From Candidatus Dadabacteria bacterium (GTDB lineage Bacteria; Desulfobacterota_D; UBA1144; Nemesobacterales; CSP1-2), in the NCBI GenBank assembly GCA_963805855.1, contig CAWDVW010000002.1:384001-448000 (forward strand): 64,000 bases of DNA. Direction: 5' to 3'. Shown here piece after piece: positions 63,380 through 64,000 of this stretch. A program made the translations under genes and the position numbers. Position 1 is the first letter of the stretch; each line of letters starts with the position of its first letter. The notes under the pieces were generated by a model. That model ran no database searches. It was not told the DNA's origin and saw nothing but the letters and a program-made list of their open reading frames with translations.

Positions 63380-63598
63380 TCAGCCTTCGCTGTCGTCCGA
63401 ATTCTCGAAAGTTATCAAGTCACCCACATCACAATCCAATGCCTTACACAATGCATCTAAGGTTTCCCGTCTGATTCCTTTCCAGGTGTCATCGTAAAAG
63501 GGCTTCAGGCTTGTAAGAGAAATGCCGGACTTTCTCAATAATTTTGTTCTTGTCATCCTCTTCGAGCCGAGGATCGTTGACAAATTGCACTTAATCAA
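63380..63598 (-). CDS. Cro/C1-type HTH transcriptional regulator
   Basis: 72 aa; SGIS...L and TLDALC.AL.C.VGDL motifs. Confidence 0.88.
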   Translation of the reverse strand: MIKCNLSTILGSKRMTRTKLLRKSGISLTSLKPFYDDTWKGIRRETLDALCKALDCDVGDLITFENSDDSEG

Positions 63599-63626
63599 TT
63601 ATCACACCCCCTGAGATGATCGGGTA

Positions 63627-63655
63627 TTTATAATATATATCTGATGGTTTGTCAA
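63627..63655 (-). promoter_or_regulatory. Sigma70 promoter for the HTH gene
   Basis: Minus-strand TTGACA-17 nt-TATAAA. Confidence 0.65.
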
Positions 63656-63684
63656 ATATGTCTTGTAATAATAAAAAAAATACC

Positions 63685-63750
63685 TTGACTTTTAAAAAGG
63701 AAAGTTTTAATATGATTCTTCGAATAACTAAAAGATGTCTTTTAGTTATT
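63685..63750 (+). promoter_or_regulatory. Divergent promoter plus palindromic operator/hairpin
   Basis: TTGACT-17 nt-TAATAT; inverted repeat AATAACTAAAAGA-TG-TCTTTTAGTTATT at 63723-63750. Confidence 0.55.
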
Positions 63751-63775
63751 GTTTCTATTAAAGGAGGATGAAAGG

Positions 63776-64000
63776 ATGTCAAGCTATGCCATTGCGACGG
63801 CTAGTCCGTTTTTGCAATTTGTGTCAAAAGGCGACAACCCACTCCATATATTAACAACAGAGCTCCCCGGACAGTGTTATTTATGCAATCATGCATCCAG
63901 GTCATTATTCATATTGACGTTCAATAAGCTCGCCTGCCACGTATGCTTCGATTTCGCGCTAAGTTGCAATTTTTTCAACGACTTAAGTCCCATAGATCAT
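63776..64000 (+). CDS. Partial ORF with two CxxC pairs (putative zinc finger), runs off window
   Basis: AAGGAGG RBS; open to the window end: MSSYAIA...GQCYLCNH...KLACHVCFDF... Confidence 0.5.
   Translation, partial: MSSYAIATASPFLQFVSKGDNPLHILTTELPGQCYLCNHASRSLFILTFNKLACHVCFDFALSCNFFNDLSPIDH

Overview
A low-GC bacterial chromosomal segment. The left edge holds a GC-rich sulfatase N-terminus, a small ribbon-helix-helix gene and a decayed tyrosine integrase abutting tRNA-Arg(TCT) and tRNA-His(GTG), followed by a REP-flanked RAYT transposase with an in-frame amber stop. Housekeeping genes follow (pyrD, argJ, recO, mgtE, cysteine desulfurase, hpt, def, bpsA-like, carB, greA, Na+/alanine symporter). 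The main feature is a ~20 kb almost entirely co-directional cluster (24013-43729). It combines Nit1C / MSMEG_0565-0572-type genes (GNAT, AIR-synthase-like, NitB/MSMEG_0572, radical SAM, glycosyltransferase) but has no nitrilase; a TIM-barrel amidohydrolase sits next to NitB instead. It also carries an FdrA/DUF1116/DUF2877/carbamate kinase (AllFGH-K-like) module with a split FdrA, a flavoprotein with a degenerate NAD(P)H motif, and a tail block of ferritin-like protein, methyltransferase, a class I/II PLP enzyme with His in place of the Schiff-base Lys, and a fold-III decarboxylase. The right third is mixed accessory and housekeeping genes (TonB, aat, trpF, Lhr, di-heme protein), ending in a divergent HTH / zinc-finger switch-like region. 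Intergenic DNA is rich in heptamer-based inverted repeats and nested REP-like palindromes. All family calls come from motifs recognised by eye; no database search was run.
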